Source: Sedimentisphaerales bacterium
Lineage (GTDB): Bacteria; Planctomycetota; Phycisphaerae; Sedimentisphaerales; SM23-30
Reading direction: 5' to 3'
NCBI GenBank assembly: GCA_963663965.2
Contig: CAXXFK010000031.1
Span: 137,097 to 201,096 of the forward strand
Length of the DNA: 64,000 nucleotides
In this document: piece by piece, positions 40,747 through 52,700 of the stretch
Numbering within the stretch: the stretch's first letter is position 1
How the letters are laid out: each line of letters opens with the position of its first letter
Made by a program: the position numbers and the translations under genes
The notes under the pieces: model-generated
The model's database searches: none
Seen by the model: the letters and a program-made list of their open reading frames with translations, nothing else
Told to the model about the DNA's origin: nothing

Positions 40747-41895
40747 TTACCTGTTTTTAGAGATTCCCTGAATATTTTGAGTACGACATCCCCTGGCATC
40801 ATTATTGGTGCTTTGTGGCGACAGTTCCAAAGTAAATTGCATATCAGCATCTGTTTTCCAGGCGGCTGATTTATCCTCCGATGTTCGCATTAAATAAGGG
40901 GATAGAGTTTTAATCTGTACTGTTTTCCCATCCGGCATGAATTGAAGCAAACGAATCCATCCATTTCCACCCTTGGGGGCCCATTGAGCATTAAATAACA
41001 TCTGATGCACAACTCGACCATTATGATAGGTATCCCGACGATACGAAACCGCCAGATCATCCCTGATCTCCTCAACATCTTCTCTTGAAGGCCCGGTTTT
41101 TTTAAACGCTTTATAATGACCGTTCAAGACCATTTCAAAATTAGAATGTCTGCTTACAAACGCGTCCCAAAGTTCCTGGCCGCAATGAACCGATCCGATT
41201 TTGCTGATATCGTAACTGTATGGACTGTTTTTTGAGTCAGGTTTTGTATGACAAGCCATGCTGTCATCGCTGAAAAGAGCGGATTCCTGATCGATAAACT
41301 CATGGGTTACTAAAATAAAAGATTGATCAGGATGCTCATCAGCCACTGCATTTGCCCACTCAACAACTTCGTTTCGCGGGCCGAATTCAAGGGAGAATAT
41401 CACATAATCTCGATTATCATACTGAAAATGATACCAGGCATTTTCCAAATGACCTTCTTCGAAATACCCACCGAATATTTTTTCATTTAAGGGGTTATCT
41501 GATAACTTGAAGTACTGATTCAGCAGGGTGGATCGGTCGCTGGAATTTTTTCCCAGGTCATGGTTGCCAACTGCAAGTATATATGGAAGTTTACCATCAA
41601 ATACTTTCAAGCTTTCCTTGGCATTTTCCCATTGTTTAGTCTTATTTTGGTCAACAATGTCACCCACATGCAGGATTAATTGCAGATTATATTCATCCTT
41701 GTGCTGAACCAGCCATTGGGTTATTTCCGTAAAGATTGGAGCATTTTCATCGCTTCGAACATAATACTGAGTATCGGGAATCACCGCGAGTGTCCATGCC
41801 GGATGCGTAACTGCCTGATCTTGCGCAAACGTCAGACCCGCGCAAAGCATCATGCTCCCATATATATATATCGTAATAATTGTCCGTTTAATCAT
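40747..41895 (-). CDS. Secreted calcineurin-like metallophosphoesterase
   Basis: PDTQYY, HVGDIVD, GNHD, VTHE, NGH motifs; signal peptide. Confidence 0.9.
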   Translation of the reverse strand: MIKRTIITIYIYGSMMLCAGLTFAQDQAVTHPAWTLAVIPDTQYYVRSDENAPIFTEITQWLVQHKDEYNLQLILHVGDIVDQNKTKQWENAKESLKVFDGKLPYILAVGNHDLGKNSSDRSTLLNQYFKLSDNPLNEKIFGGYFEEGHLENAWYHFQYDNRDYVIFSLEFGPRNEVVEWANAVADEHPDQSFILVTHEFIDQESALFSDDSMACHTKPDSKNSPYSYDISKIGSVHCGQELWDAFVSRHSNFEMVLNGHYKAFKKTGPSREDVEEIRDDLAVSYRRDTYHNGRVVHQMLFNAQWAPKGGNGWIRLLQFMPDGKTVQIKTLSPYLMRTSEDKSAAWKTDADMQFTLELSPQSTNNDARGCRTQNIQGISKNR

Positions 41896-42529
41896 ATTGT
41901 TCCTCTGTTTTTATGCAGTATAAATAATTCATCCTCAACCTAATTTCTTCTCCATTAAAACATAGAATCATATCTTTATTAACCTATACTTGTCAAGACC
42001 ACAAAACGTATATTTCCTCAAACCGACTTGGAAGCGCCAGCTATCAACCGGATGATTAGAGGTTTGAGTTGCGTATCTAGAATGACCGTTGTCTATGCGT
42101 GCCTGATTAAGCAGCACGTCCGACCAGTAATGCCTTCTACTCTATCCGGAAAACACTATCATAATGCCCCACCCGTACGCCTTACGCAGCGAGATCCAAA
42201 CAACCGATGATACCCGTTGTATAAAAGCCCAAAGATAACGGAACAGATGCTTGAATCTTAGCATCTATAACCATAAAATGATGTATCTTCCTTATATTAA
42301 GATCCTTACACATTTCGTCTATAGGTTTCAATTCTAACTTTTGCACATAAATCAGTATATTTTTGCTGCTAAAAATTGCTTAAATTGGGTTCTGGAACTG
42401 AAAGTATATGAGAATACATTTTTCCTTTTTTCCTCCTCAGGGATCCCTGAAATCCAGCAGTTTGCACTTGTTCGTAATTCTGTGCGGCCCAATTTGTCTT
42501 TCTTCAACATAGTCGATTTTAATCCCTTC

Positions 42530-42558
42530 TTGACACTTGGATACAACATAATTATAAA
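42530..42558 (+). promoter_or_regulatory. Sigma70-like promoter upstream of the GH29 gene
   Basis: TTGACA-N17-TATAAA. Confidence 0.5.
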
Positions 42559-42638
42559 AGGTTAGATATTTCTAGACTGCATGGGCCTCAGTCGATATCT
42601 CATTTTGAAACTTGTGAATTTACCATTAAAAGGGCAGA

Positions 42639-44144
42639 TTGATGATTAATAAGACATTAACTCATAGACTGTATTGGTCAACGTATTTATTCATATTTTT
42701 ATTTGTCTATGTTTCCACCGCTTATGGTCAGGAACAGATATATGTTCCTGATCCGGATCCTTTAGTGCAGCAGCGGTTGGAGGACTGGCAGGATCTGAAA
42801 TTTGGCCTGCTGATGCACTGGGGCGCTTACAGTCAGTGGGGAATTGTAGAATCCTGGTCGCTGTGCCCAGAAGACTACGGCTGGTGCGCCCGCCAGGCCG
42901 GCCGCCATCCAGATCATTATTTCGAGTACAAGAAAGAATATGAAAGCCTTATCCACACCTTCAATCCTGTCAAATTCAACCCATCTAAGTGGGCTGAAGC
43001 CGCGAAAAAAGCCGGTATGAAATATGTCGTGTTCACAACGAAACACCATGATGGATTCTGCATGTTCGATTCACAATACACCGACTACAAGATCACCTCG
43101 ACGGATTGCCCGTTTCATACCAATCCGAAAGCTAATGTGGCCAGGGAAATATTCGATGCCTTTCGAAGCAAAGGCCTCTGGACAGGCGCGTATTTTTCCA
43201 AACCAGACTGGCATAGCCCATATTATTGGGATCCCTATTTTCCACCGCTCGACCGTAATGTTAATTATGACCCGGCCCAGTATCCGGATAAGTGGGCTAA
43301 ATTTGTTGAGTTTACCCACAACCAGATTCTGGAGCTGATGACGGAGTACGGCCAAATGGATATTCTCTGGCTGGATGGCGGCTGGGTCGCCAAAAAAGCC
43401 AAAGAGGATATCGAACATTGGATGGGTGAAAAGGTCGCCGCGTCACAATCAGGATTTCTGAAAAATACTATTATCAACCAGGATATACAAATGGATGAGT
43501 TAGTGGAAAAGGTCCGTCAAAAGCAGCCGGGCATTATTGTGGTGGACCGCGCGGTTGAAGGCAAAAACCAGAATTACCTGACACCGGAAAACCGTGTGCC
43601 TGAAAAGGAACTGCCATTCCCGTGGGAGTCATGCATCATTGCCGGCGGCGGCTGGTCGTGGGTACACGATGCCAAATATAAAACCTCGAACGAACTGATC
43701 CGGACGCTGGTGGATATTGTATGTAAAGGTGGCAATCTGCTATTGAATATCGCTCCCGGTCCCGACGGCACATGGGATGAGGCCGCGTATGAGCGGCTCG
43801 ACGATATCGGTACCTGGATCAAGATCAATGGTGAAGCAATTTACGGAACCCGGGCCATTGCGCCCTATAAGGAAGGAAATGTTTGCTATACCCGCAAGAG
43901 GAAAACCGGCCAGGCGTATGCGATTTATCTGCCGGATGACGGCCAGTCATCAATGCCGCCCCAAATCATTTTGAAATCGCTGACTCCCGCCGCCGGTAGC
44001 ACAGTGACTTTGTTGGGTACCAGTCAGACGCTTCAATGGACCCAATCGCCTGTGGGAACAGTCATCCAAATCCCCACAAACCTGCAAAAGAATCCTCCCT
44101 GCGAATACGCATGGGTCATAATGATAGATAAAATCCAAAGATAA
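42639..44144 (+). CDS. GH29 alpha-L-fucosidase
   Basis: KFGLLMHWG, AGMKYVVFTTKHHDGF, SKPDWH, ILWLDGGW, KGGNLLLNIAP. Confidence 0.95.
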   Translation: MMINKTLTHRLYWSTYLFIFLFVYVSTAYGQEQIYVPDPDPLVQQRLEDWQDLKFGLLMHWGAYSQWGIVESWSLCPEDYGWCARQAGRHPDHYFEYKKEYESLIHTFNPVKFNPSKWAEAAKKAGMKYVVFTTKHHDGFCMFDSQYTDYKITSTDCPFHTNPKANVAREIFDAFRSKGLWTGAYFSKPDWHSPYYWDPYFPPLDRNVNYDPAQYPDKWAKFVEFTHNQILELMTEYGQMDILWLDGGWVAKKAKEDIEHWMGEKVAASQSGFLKNTIINQDIQMDELVEKVRQKQPGIIVVDRAVEGKNQNYLTPENRVPEKELPFPWESCIIAGGGWSWVHDAKYKTSNELIRTLVDIVCKGGNLLLNIAPGPDGTWDEAAYERLDDIGTWIKINGEAIYGTRAIAPYKEGNVCYTRKRKTGQAYAIYLPDDGQSSMPPQIILKSLTPAAGSTVTLLGTSQTLQWTQSPVGTVIQIPTNLQKNPPCEYAWVIMIDKIQR

Positions 44145-44192
44145 CAATCCGTTCTGCAAGAACGCTTCTTTTTAGAGGTTCACTCTATATTT

Positions 44193-44456
44193 ATGCCTGA
44201 AAAACTAATCGCAACCGGTGTTGTACATAGTGTCCCAGCTGACCTGGAGAAAGCCCTGATAGCTGACAGTGAGGCGCTATCGCTATGGGAAAACATTACC
44301 CCACTCGCGCGTAATGAGTGGATCTGCTGGATTGAAGACGCCAGAAAACCGGAAACGAGGCTCAATCGGATAAATAGAGTCCAAATAGATCTCAAAGAAG
44401 GAAAGCGCCGTCCTTGTTGCTGGCCAGGTTGTCCTCACCGAAAAAAACAAAAGTAG
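44193..44456 (+). CDS. YdeI/OmpD-associated (OmdA) family protein
   Basis: VPADLEKAL...ITPLARNEWICWIEDARKPETR...RRPCCWPGCPHR. Confidence 0.85.
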   Translation: MPEKLIATGVVHSVPADLEKALIADSEALSLWENITPLARNEWICWIEDARKPETRLNRINRVQIDLKEGKRRPCCWPGCPHRKKQK

Positions 44457-44606
44457 GCATTCTTTCTAATCTGAATCGCAATAAAAAAAGCTTATTATAT
44501 GTTGTAAAGCATATGAACGATTCAGGCAAGATGTTCTATTGCTGGTTTATCCTTAGAATTTGAATAGTTTCCCATTTTAAATCCTTAACCTATAGAGTAC
44601 ACCAAA

Positions 44607-45902
44607 ATGAAAAAAACAGTATTAACCATCGTTCTCATCCTGAGTTCAGTAGGATGCGCGTTTGAATATCAGAGCCCAGACCTGAATCCCATTCTGGAGA
44701 ATTTTAAAGCGATCAGAGCCCCTGAACCTACTGGACTAATGCTCAAGAAAGGTGATCGACTGGCTATCTGTGGCGATTCAATCACCGAACAGAAAATGTA
44801 CTCTCTGATAATCGAAACTTATTTAACGGTTTGTGAACCGGAACTTGATATCAAAGTACGCCAGTACGGATGGGGCGGAGAAACGGCTCGTGGCTTTCTC
44901 GGTCGCATGAAAAATGACTGCCTCCGATTTAATCCATCGATCGCAATGACTTGCTATGGCATGAACGATCACCGTTACCTCCCCTATCAAGATGAATTTG
45001 GAAAGGAATATCGTGACAATACGACTGCCATCGTCAAACTATTCAAAGAGAATGGCACCCGGGTCATTTTAGGATCGCCCGGTTGTGTCGGCAAAAAACC
45101 CTGGTGGCAGAGCAATCCGGATATAACCACCAAAGATCTGAACCTAAGCCTGTTAAAATTTCGTAATATCGATATTGAAATCGCCGCAGAACAGAATGTT
45201 GCCTTTGCCGATGTCTACCTGCCCATGCTGCTGGCAACCTATCAGGCGCAAACGCTGTATGGCTCAGATTTCAAAGTTGCCGGTGATGATGGCGTTCACC
45301 CCGACTGGGCGGGCCACATGGTTATGGCATACGCATTTCTGAAAGCCATGGGTTTGGACGGCCAGATTGGTACCCTTACCGTCGACCTCAAAGGCAACAA
45401 AGCGGCTACGACCAAGGGCCATGAGGTCACTAACTTTGCGGATAACACCATATCGATCAAAAGCTATCGCTATCCCTATTGCGATACTGGCGAGCCCGAT
45501 AAACAAAACAGCATCCGGGCCGGCATGAACCTTATCCCTTTTAACCAAAACTTAAACCGTTTCATACTGGTAGTTATAAATACCCAGGCCAGTAATTATA
45601 AGGTCACCTGGGGTAACTGGGAAAAAACCTATCCGGCTGAACAATTGAATAAAGGTATCAATCTGGCCGCGGACTTCAAATCCAATCCTTTTGTTGAACC
45701 GTTCAACAAAGTAAACGAAGCGGTCAAGAAAAAACAGGAATATGAAACCAAACAGATCAAATCGTTATTTCACGGCCCCGAGGGAGGCTCTGATATGGAA
45801 ACCGTGGTCAATATTACCGAGAAAGCCCGTGGTGTTTTAGCAGACGAGTTGGCCCGTTCGTTTAAACCGGTTGAGCATACCATCCGCATTACTGCTGAGT
45901 AA
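44607..45902 (+). CDS. SGNH/GDSL-family esterase
   Basis: CGDSITE, GWGGE, YGMND, DGVHP. Confidence 0.9.
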   Translation: MKKTVLTIVLILSSVGCAFEYQSPDLNPILENFKAIRAPEPTGLMLKKGDRLAICGDSITEQKMYSLIIETYLTVCEPELDIKVRQYGWGGETARGFLGRMKNDCLRFNPSIAMTCYGMNDHRYLPYQDEFGKEYRDNTTAIVKLFKENGTRVILGSPGCVGKKPWWQSNPDITTKDLNLSLLKFRNIDIEIAAEQNVAFADVYLPMLLATYQAQTLYGSDFKVAGDDGVHPDWAGHMVMAYAFLKAMGLDGQIGTLTVDLKGNKAATTKGHEVTNFADNTISIKSYRYPYCDTGEPDKQNSIRAGMNLIPFNQNLNRFILVVINTQASNYKVTWGNWEKTYPAEQLNKGINLAADFKSNPFVEPFNKVNEAVKKKQEYETKQIKSLFHGPEGGSDMETVVNITEKARGVLADELARSFKPVEHTIRITAE

Positions 45903-45917
45903 GTCCAGAGAGACGCA

Positions 45918-46946
45918 ATGATATCAATCAACAAAACATTCATAGTTACATCTTTGTTCTTATTATCATTGATCGAATTACCCTCTATTCTCTTTGCCCA
46001 GACCCGCTATGGTGGAACCAATCTTGCCGGCGCCGAATTTGGCGGTGGGCAACTGCCTGGAATTCCTAATAAAAACTATACGTATCCAACCAAAGCGGAA
46101 GTGGACTATTTTACCGGTAAAGGCATGAATATCTTTCGCCTGCCCTTCTTATGGGAACGGCTTCAACCGGAACCCAACGCCGCCCTGGATCAGGCTGAGT
46201 TGGGACGGATCAAAACCTTCGTAACCTATGCCACCTCCAGAAAGGCCGTTGTCATCCTTGACCCACATAATTACGCCCGTTATCGCGGTAATGTCATTGG
46301 TGAAGCAAAGTTGCCGGTATCTGCATTTGAGAATTTCTGGCAGCGGCTTGCTCTGGAGTTCAAAGATGATCCCAATACCATCTTTGGCTTGATGAATGAA
46401 CCTCATGGTATGAAAACCGAACTCTGGCTATCAGACGCCAATACCGCCATCCGGGCCATCCGTTCTACCTGTGCCTCCAACCTGATCCTGGTACCCGGCA
46501 ACGCCTACTCCGGCGCCCATTCCTGGACCTCCAACTGGTACGGTTCATCCAACGGTGTCGTCATGCTGAATATTGTCGATCCCATGAACAACTATGCCTA
46601 TGAAGTGCATCAGTATTTTGACAGTAATTCTTCCGGATCTTCCGATCAATGTGTCAGTACCACCATCGGTTCGGAGCGCTTGAAGTCCTTCACTGCCTGG
46701 CTCCGGTTACACAAAAAACGTGGTTTCCTGGGCGAATTCGGCGCCGCCAATAACGAAACTTCTCTGGCAGCTCTGGAGGACATGCTCACCCACCTGGATA
46801 ACAATACCGATGTCTGGCTCGGTTGGACCTACTGGGCCGCCGGACCCTGGTGGGGCAATTACATGTTCTCCATCGAACCAAGAAATGGTATCGATAAACC
46901 TCAACTGACTATTCTGACCAAACATTTAAACCGTGTTGCCAATTAA
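45918..46946 (+). CDS. GH5 endoglucanase (GH5_5-like)
   Basis: GTNLAGAEFG, RLPFLWERLQP, DPHNYARY, MNEPH, HQYFD, LGEFG, WAAGPWW. Confidence 0.93.
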   Translation: MISINKTFIVTSLFLLSLIELPSILFAQTRYGGTNLAGAEFGGGQLPGIPNKNYTYPTKAEVDYFTGKGMNIFRLPFLWERLQPEPNAALDQAELGRIKTFVTYATSRKAVVILDPHNYARYRGNVIGEAKLPVSAFENFWQRLALEFKDDPNTIFGLMNEPHGMKTELWLSDANTAIRAIRSTCASNLILVPGNAYSGAHSWTSNWYGSSNGVVMLNIVDPMNNYAYEVHQYFDSNSSGSSDQCVSTTIGSERLKSFTAWLRLHKKRGFLGEFGAANNETSLAALEDMLTHLDNNTDVWLGWTYWAAGPWWGNYMFSIEPRNGIDKPQLTILTKHLNRVAN

Positions 46947-47212
46947 TACTGCCCACGCAACCTCAAGATAAGTATCTTACAAGCAGTAAGTTAGCTTCAT
47001 ATTCACTATTAATAAACATAGACAACTTCCCAAAACGATCATAATATCAATCTTACAGGCCGGCCATTTCCCTCACAAGGTCCGGGTACCATTAAAACTA
47101 CTTGACAAGACTGCGAAATAGCAGCTAGATTAACTGAAAGACCAGTTTTACTACGGAAATAAACCTGGTTTCGAATTGACAATGGTTTTACAACACGAAG
47201 AAAGGCATTACC

Positions 47213-49660
47213 ATGAAAAACATGTTTTCCTGTTCCCTCCCACCCTGCATCATTATCCTCTGCCTGTCACTAAGCTGGTTCTGTCAAGCCGGCAATGTTG
47301 ATATCCGGATTCATTGCGATCAACCGACCGTGCCGATCAGTCCGGTACTCTATGGTATTTTCTTTGAAGATATCAACTTTGCCGCTGACGGTGGTTTATA
47401 TGCCGAACTGATCCAGAACCGCTCTTTCGAATATTACCCGGTCGAAGGGGGTAATCCATTAAGCGATCAATATCATACGCTTTATGCCTGGGAAAAAGTT
47501 GAACGCGATGGGGGCCAGTGCCGGTTGAGCGTAGATCGCGGTATTCCATTGAACCGAAACAATCCCAACTATCTGACAATCCGGATCGAACAGACTGGAT
47601 CGGGCGTTGGTGTAATGAACGAAGGTTATGATGGTATCCGGATTGATACTGATAAAAAATACGACATCTCGTTTTATGCCCGCCGTAGCGGCAGGCAAAA
47701 CGCTGCCATAACCGCAGCCCTTGAATTAGCAGACGGAACCGTATGCGGCTCAGTGAATTTCGAAGGAATTGGTGTTGACTGGCAGAAATACGAAGGTGTC
47801 ATCACCTCAAAGTCCACATCAGACAAGGCGCGTCTGGTCCTCACCACCCCCAACCGCGGCCCACTCTATCTGGATATGATTTCGCTTTTTCCGCAAGACA
47901 CCTTCAAAAAACGTAAAAATGGCCTCCGCGCGGATCTGGCCCAGGCGTTGGCGGATCTCAAACCGAAATTCTTCCGATTTCCAGGTGGCTGTATTACCCA
48001 TGGCCACAGTCTGCAAAACGCGTACCGATGGAAAGATACTGTAGGAGATGTCGCCGAACGATTAGGTAACTGGAACCGCTGGGGATATCATCAAACCTAT
48101 GGTTTGGGATATTTCGAATATTTCCAGTTATGCGAAGATATTGGGGCTGCCCCCCTGCCCGTTCTGCCTGTGGGTGTCTCCTGTGGATTCAATCAGCCCT
48201 ATCAATGCGTACCGATGGATGAATTACAACCCTGGATTGATGATGCCATCGATTTAATTGAATTTGCCAATGGACCGGCCAACAGCCGCTGGGGTAAAAT
48301 CCGTGCCGAGATGGGCCACCCTCAACCGTTCGGACTGGAATATGTCTGTCTCGGCAATGAAGAACATGACCGGCCGGAATTCCACGAACGCTTCCCTCAT
48401 TTTGTCAAGGCCATCCGGGAATCTCACCCGGAAATCAAAATTATCGGTACTTCCGGGTTGGGAACCGGCATACCGTTATATAGCATGATGGCTGATCTGA
48501 ATGTTTACAGTTCCGATGAACATTATTACATGAATCCCCAGTGGTTTCTGGCCAATCAGAACCGCTTCGATACGTTCGATCGCAGTCTCCCCAAAATTTT
48601 TGTAGGAGAATATGCCTCGGAGGGCAATTCCCTGTTTAATGCCATCGCAGAAGCAGCCTTTCTCACCGGTGTTGAACGCAATGGCGATATCGTGGATATG
48701 ACATGCTACGCCCCGCTCTTCGCTCATGTCGATCACACTCAGTGGCCCAGGGCCGACCTGATCTGGTTCGATAAACGCACCGTGGTCAAAACGCCAAACT
48801 ATTACGTCCAGCAACTTTTCAGCTGTAATTCCGGTCATATTTATCTTAAAAATTCCGTAACTCAAATATTGGAAGACAAAATCCCCACGATCAAAGGCGC
48901 CATTGGCATCGGCGCCTGGAGCACTGCTATCGAAATGAATCAAGCGTCCGTAAACGGCGCCATTCTTGATCCGTCCCAATGGCGGGCTGTTAGTGGTAAT
49001 TTCCGTATGCAAAACAACCATTACGTACAATTGGATACGACCCAACAACCGGCCATTAGCTTTGCACCAATAAAATACCAGGACGACAAAATCACCTATA
49101 CCGTCCGGGCCAGAAAAACCGGTGGTAGCGAAGGTTTTCTACTGGTCTTTGGTTGTGAAAATGATCAGAGCTACTGGTGGTGGAACGTGGGCGGCTGGAA
49201 TAATACCCAGCATGCCATCGAACGTATTGAAAACGGCAAGAAATCCGTCCTGACCGAACGCCGTGGCTCCATCCGTAACGATACCTGGTATACCATGAAA
49301 GTTGAGTTAACGCCTGGACGCATTCAATGCTTCCTTGATGGCCAACTCATCCATGATTATGAGATGCAGAAACCGTCCATCAGCGTATCGTCCACACTGG
49401 ATAAGAAATCCCATGAGGTCATTGTCAAATTAGTCAATCCCACGGATGAGGTAGTAAAGTCGATTATTCATCTTGACGGTGTCTCTGGTCTGAAATCCCC
49501 GGCAAAACTGATGCTCCTATCCGGCCAGGCATCAGCCAGAAATTCAATCCAGAATCTGGATCAGATCAAAACCCAGACACGTCAGATTACAGTAGATAAA
49601 CAGTTCGGATACACCTTGCCCGCCATGTCAGTCCAGTTCATTCGGATTTCCACACAATAA
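47213..49660 (+). CDS. GH51 alpha-L-arabinofuranosidase with CBM-like and inserted beta-sandwich domains
   Basis: GIFFEDINFAADGGLYAELIQNRSFE, FRFPGGC, GNEE, DEHYY, VGEYA, ERNGD..YAPL. Confidence 0.93.
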   Translation: MKNMFSCSLPPCIIILCLSLSWFCQAGNVDIRIHCDQPTVPISPVLYGIFFEDINFAADGGLYAELIQNRSFEYYPVEGGNPLSDQYHTLYAWEKVERDGGQCRLSVDRGIPLNRNNPNYLTIRIEQTGSGVGVMNEGYDGIRIDTDKKYDISFYARRSGRQNAAITAALELADGTVCGSVNFEGIGVDWQKYEGVITSKSTSDKARLVLTTPNRGPLYLDMISLFPQDTFKKRKNGLRADLAQALADLKPKFFRFPGGCITHGHSLQNAYRWKDTVGDVAERLGNWNRWGYHQTYGLGYFEYFQLCEDIGAAPLPVLPVGVSCGFNQPYQCVPMDELQPWIDDAIDLIEFANGPANSRWGKIRAEMGHPQPFGLEYVCLGNEEHDRPEFHERFPHFVKAIRESHPEIKIIGTSGLGTGIPLYSMMADLNVYSSDEHYYMNPQWFLANQNRFDTFDRSLPKIFVGEYASEGNSLFNAIAEAAFLTGVERNGDIVDMTCYAPLFAHVDHTQWPRADLIWFDKRTVVKTPNYYVQQLFSCNSGHIYLKNSVTQILEDKIPTIKGAIGIGAWSTAIEMNQASVNGAILDPSQWRAVSGNFRMQNNHYVQLDTTQQPAISFAPIKYQDDKITYTVRARKTGGSEGFLLVFGCENDQSYWWWNVGGWNNTQHAIERIENGKKSVLTERRGSIRNDTWYTMKVELTPGRIQCFLDGQLIHDYEMQKPSISVSSTLDKKSHEVIVKLVNPTDEVVKSIIHLDGVSGLKSPAKLMLLSGQASARNSIQNLDQIKTQTRQITVDKQFGYTLPAMSVQFIRISTQ

Positions 49661-49674
49661 AGTCCCTGTCCATC

Positions 49675-49708
49675 AAAACAGGCTATGTCTTAACGCATAG
49701 CCTGTTTT
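49675..49708. terminator. Bidirectional intrinsic terminator between convergent genes
   Basis: AAAACAGGCTATG-N8-CATAGCCTGTTTT hairpin. Confidence 0.75.
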
Positions 49709-49722
49709 ATCATTGATATGCT

Positions 49723-52700
49723 TCACTCTAGTGTGATATCAAAATACACAGAATACCGACCGTACATTTCATAAAAAGGTTTTAAATTCACACCATTGGT
49801 ACTGAACCGCAACTTGTCGGCATCTCCTTTGATCGACTGACGGATATCCGCAGCCTTCAATGTAATGGGCCGCCAATCAGTAAGCGCTTCCGGCTCCTCT
49901 CCGGCCAGCAGAATCGGGCCATAAAAAATACTGGCTATATTGGGCTGGTCCATGACCGGACATAAATGAAAATCCATAGGCAGCTTTATTTCAACCACAT
50001 CGCCATCTTTCCAGTTTCGTTTCAGCTTCAGATAGGATCCTGCATTGGCATTAACGCGCAGGACTTCGCCATTAATCTTAAGCAAAAATTCGTCATCAAT
50101 CCACCTGGGCACCCGAATATACATATCAAAAGTGCCCTCTCCCAGCAGGGTCAGGGTGGTACGATCATCATAAGGAAAACTGGTACGCTGCTTAATCGTT
50201 ACCTTTTTTTCTTCCCATCGCAAGGTTGAAGGTACAAAGAGATTTATATACAACGCACTGTTATCGGTACTCTTAAAATAAATAGAGTCCTGAAGCTTCG
50301 TACTACTTTCCAGGGCCGTCCCGTTACAGCAGGTAAAACCATCCATCCGGGCATTACCAAAACTCTTACGCGCGCCCGGATTCAACGGGACATGATAAGT
50401 ATTTCCCGGATTGTCTTCATCGACCGATGCTAGAATATGGTTATAAAGCGCCTGCTCATAATAGTCCATATACCTGGCATTCTGATCAAACATAAAGAGT
50501 TGCCGGCTGAGCTTTAACAGATTATAGGTGGCGCAGGTCTCATTCTGGCCACCCCGGGCAAATCCATTATGAAACAAGGTATTGGGCTGGGCCGTAAAGC
50601 ATTCAGCATTATTCGGATTCCTGGCCCCCGCGACACCGCCAATACTGTACATGTAACAATGGGTACAGATATCCCAGAAATTCTCAGCGATCTGATAATA
50701 GGCGCCATCTCCCGTGCCTTTAAAGGTTTCCAGTGATCCGGTAATCTGCGGGATATGCTGGTTGGCATGTTTACCCCGGATTGTATCGACATTTTTGGCA
50801 AGGCCATGGTCATGAGCGACGTCTCCAAAAAAGAAGTCGATATTATCAAATAACCGTGCACACGCCAGAAAACGGTCATCCCCGGTCAGCCGATACATTC
50901 GGGCCATCACTTCATTCATACCGCCGTATTCGCCGGCAATATACCGGTTCCACATCTTAATCCGGGTTTCCTCGGGCAGCACATTCAGGCGTTTATAAAC
51001 CCAGAGACCCATCCCCGTGGCGATTTCCAGCGCTTTGGTGTTACCTCCCACTTCATAGCAATCCATCAAACCCGCCAGAATTTTATGCAGAGTGTAATAA
51101 GGCGCCCAGATTTGGTTATTACGCCCCCCATAAGTAGCGCCCTGTTCCAACATAATAAACTGATCTGGCGGATAGCCGCTGATAAATCCTTCACCCCAGT
51201 TCCAGTAATCCGTACGAATACCGACTTTGCTCAAATCTGAATCATAACCATCCCGTCCTTCTCCCGGCGGAACGGTCGCCGGATCAGTGTTACATGGTCC
51301 ACCCTCACTCCCTGGCCGTCCCGATTTCCGTGCCAGGTCAGATAAGATATCAATCATATAATTCATTTTTCTGGCAAAGTCTTCATGTAATTCAGAGTCG
51401 TAGGTTGTGCTGGCATAGGCTTGAGCGATAGCAGTCAGGTAATGCCCGCTGGCATGACCGCGCAAACGCGTAGTCTGACTATCCCAGCCACCCAGTGGCC
51501 GTACTCCTTCGGGTTGTTTCTGGCCAAAAGCATCGCGAAAATTGTACAGGAAAGTATCTGGATTGGTCCTGGCCAGCCCCAGAATAAATTTGTCGCGATT
51601 CTTCATAAACGGCGTTGCGTGTCCTTCCATATCAGGCTCCAGAACCACCTGGCCTAACGGAAACGATTCCAGCGATATCCGAGGCATTGGTCGATCTTCT
51701 GATTTATCCAGAACGATGACCGTTGCTTGAGGCTTAAATGAGGTACCTGGTACGGTCCCGGTTATGGTATAGGTTCCGGGCTGATGAACCTCTTGATTAT
51801 CCAGTGGAGCCGGCCAGATCACACGCACCAGAGGACCGTCTAAACCGTCACGATAGATACCATTTAAATAATAAGGTAAATGCGGTAACTGACCCACCTT
51901 TGTTTTCAATTCAATATCTGGAACATTCATTAATCCACGTGTCAACAAGCGCCCATCCGACATTTCAACACCTTCAGTCGGTTTTTCATCCTCGGCCACA
52001 GCAATATCTTCATCTGAAACGGCATTGTGGCAGATTACCGCCACCTGCTGATCAGACAGGGCGATGCGGTAAAACCGAACATCATATAATTTTCCGCTCA
52101 GACAGGAATCCTGATCAAAAAGCGATTTGCCCAGGCAAATCCGGTTGGTTGCGACATCATTCTGATTGATGATCTCCGCAAGCGTAACATCTTTTATGAC
52201 GCTTTGTCCAACGCGTATCCCATCCACATAAAGACTGAGAGTCTTTTTGGCGCTATCCAGCACCGTCGCCAAATGCACCCACTGCCCGGTGGCCACCCTG
52301 AAAGCCGCAGGCCCCTGCTCCCGTCCATAACCATCGGCGGTGATCCGAACCCGGCAACCATTCGACCGTTCTTCGCCAACCGGCGTGCAAAAAAAGTAGC
52401 GGTTTAAATCCTGGCCCAGATCAAAAAAACGCTGCCAGGGAATCAGGTCATTAACCCAAATCCATCCCGTCACACTTAAATTTTCGATTCCATCCAAAGC
52501 CTGACCAGGAACCTGAACATAGGCCCCATTTCGGCCTCCCGGCAATGACAACACCTTACCAAACTGATCATCCTCCACAAACACCCCCTGCCGCCCCTGT
52601 AAACTGGCATGCAGACTGTTCCTGGAACTGTCATTCACATTACCATTAAACAGATATCGGGCAATCATCGCCGTTTCACCGATACCGTCGAGAAATTGAT

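Noticed and set aside
42352..42549. Aldo/keto-reductase-like start (MLKKDKLGRTEL)
   Set aside because: Resemblance is limited to about 12 residues and does not continue.
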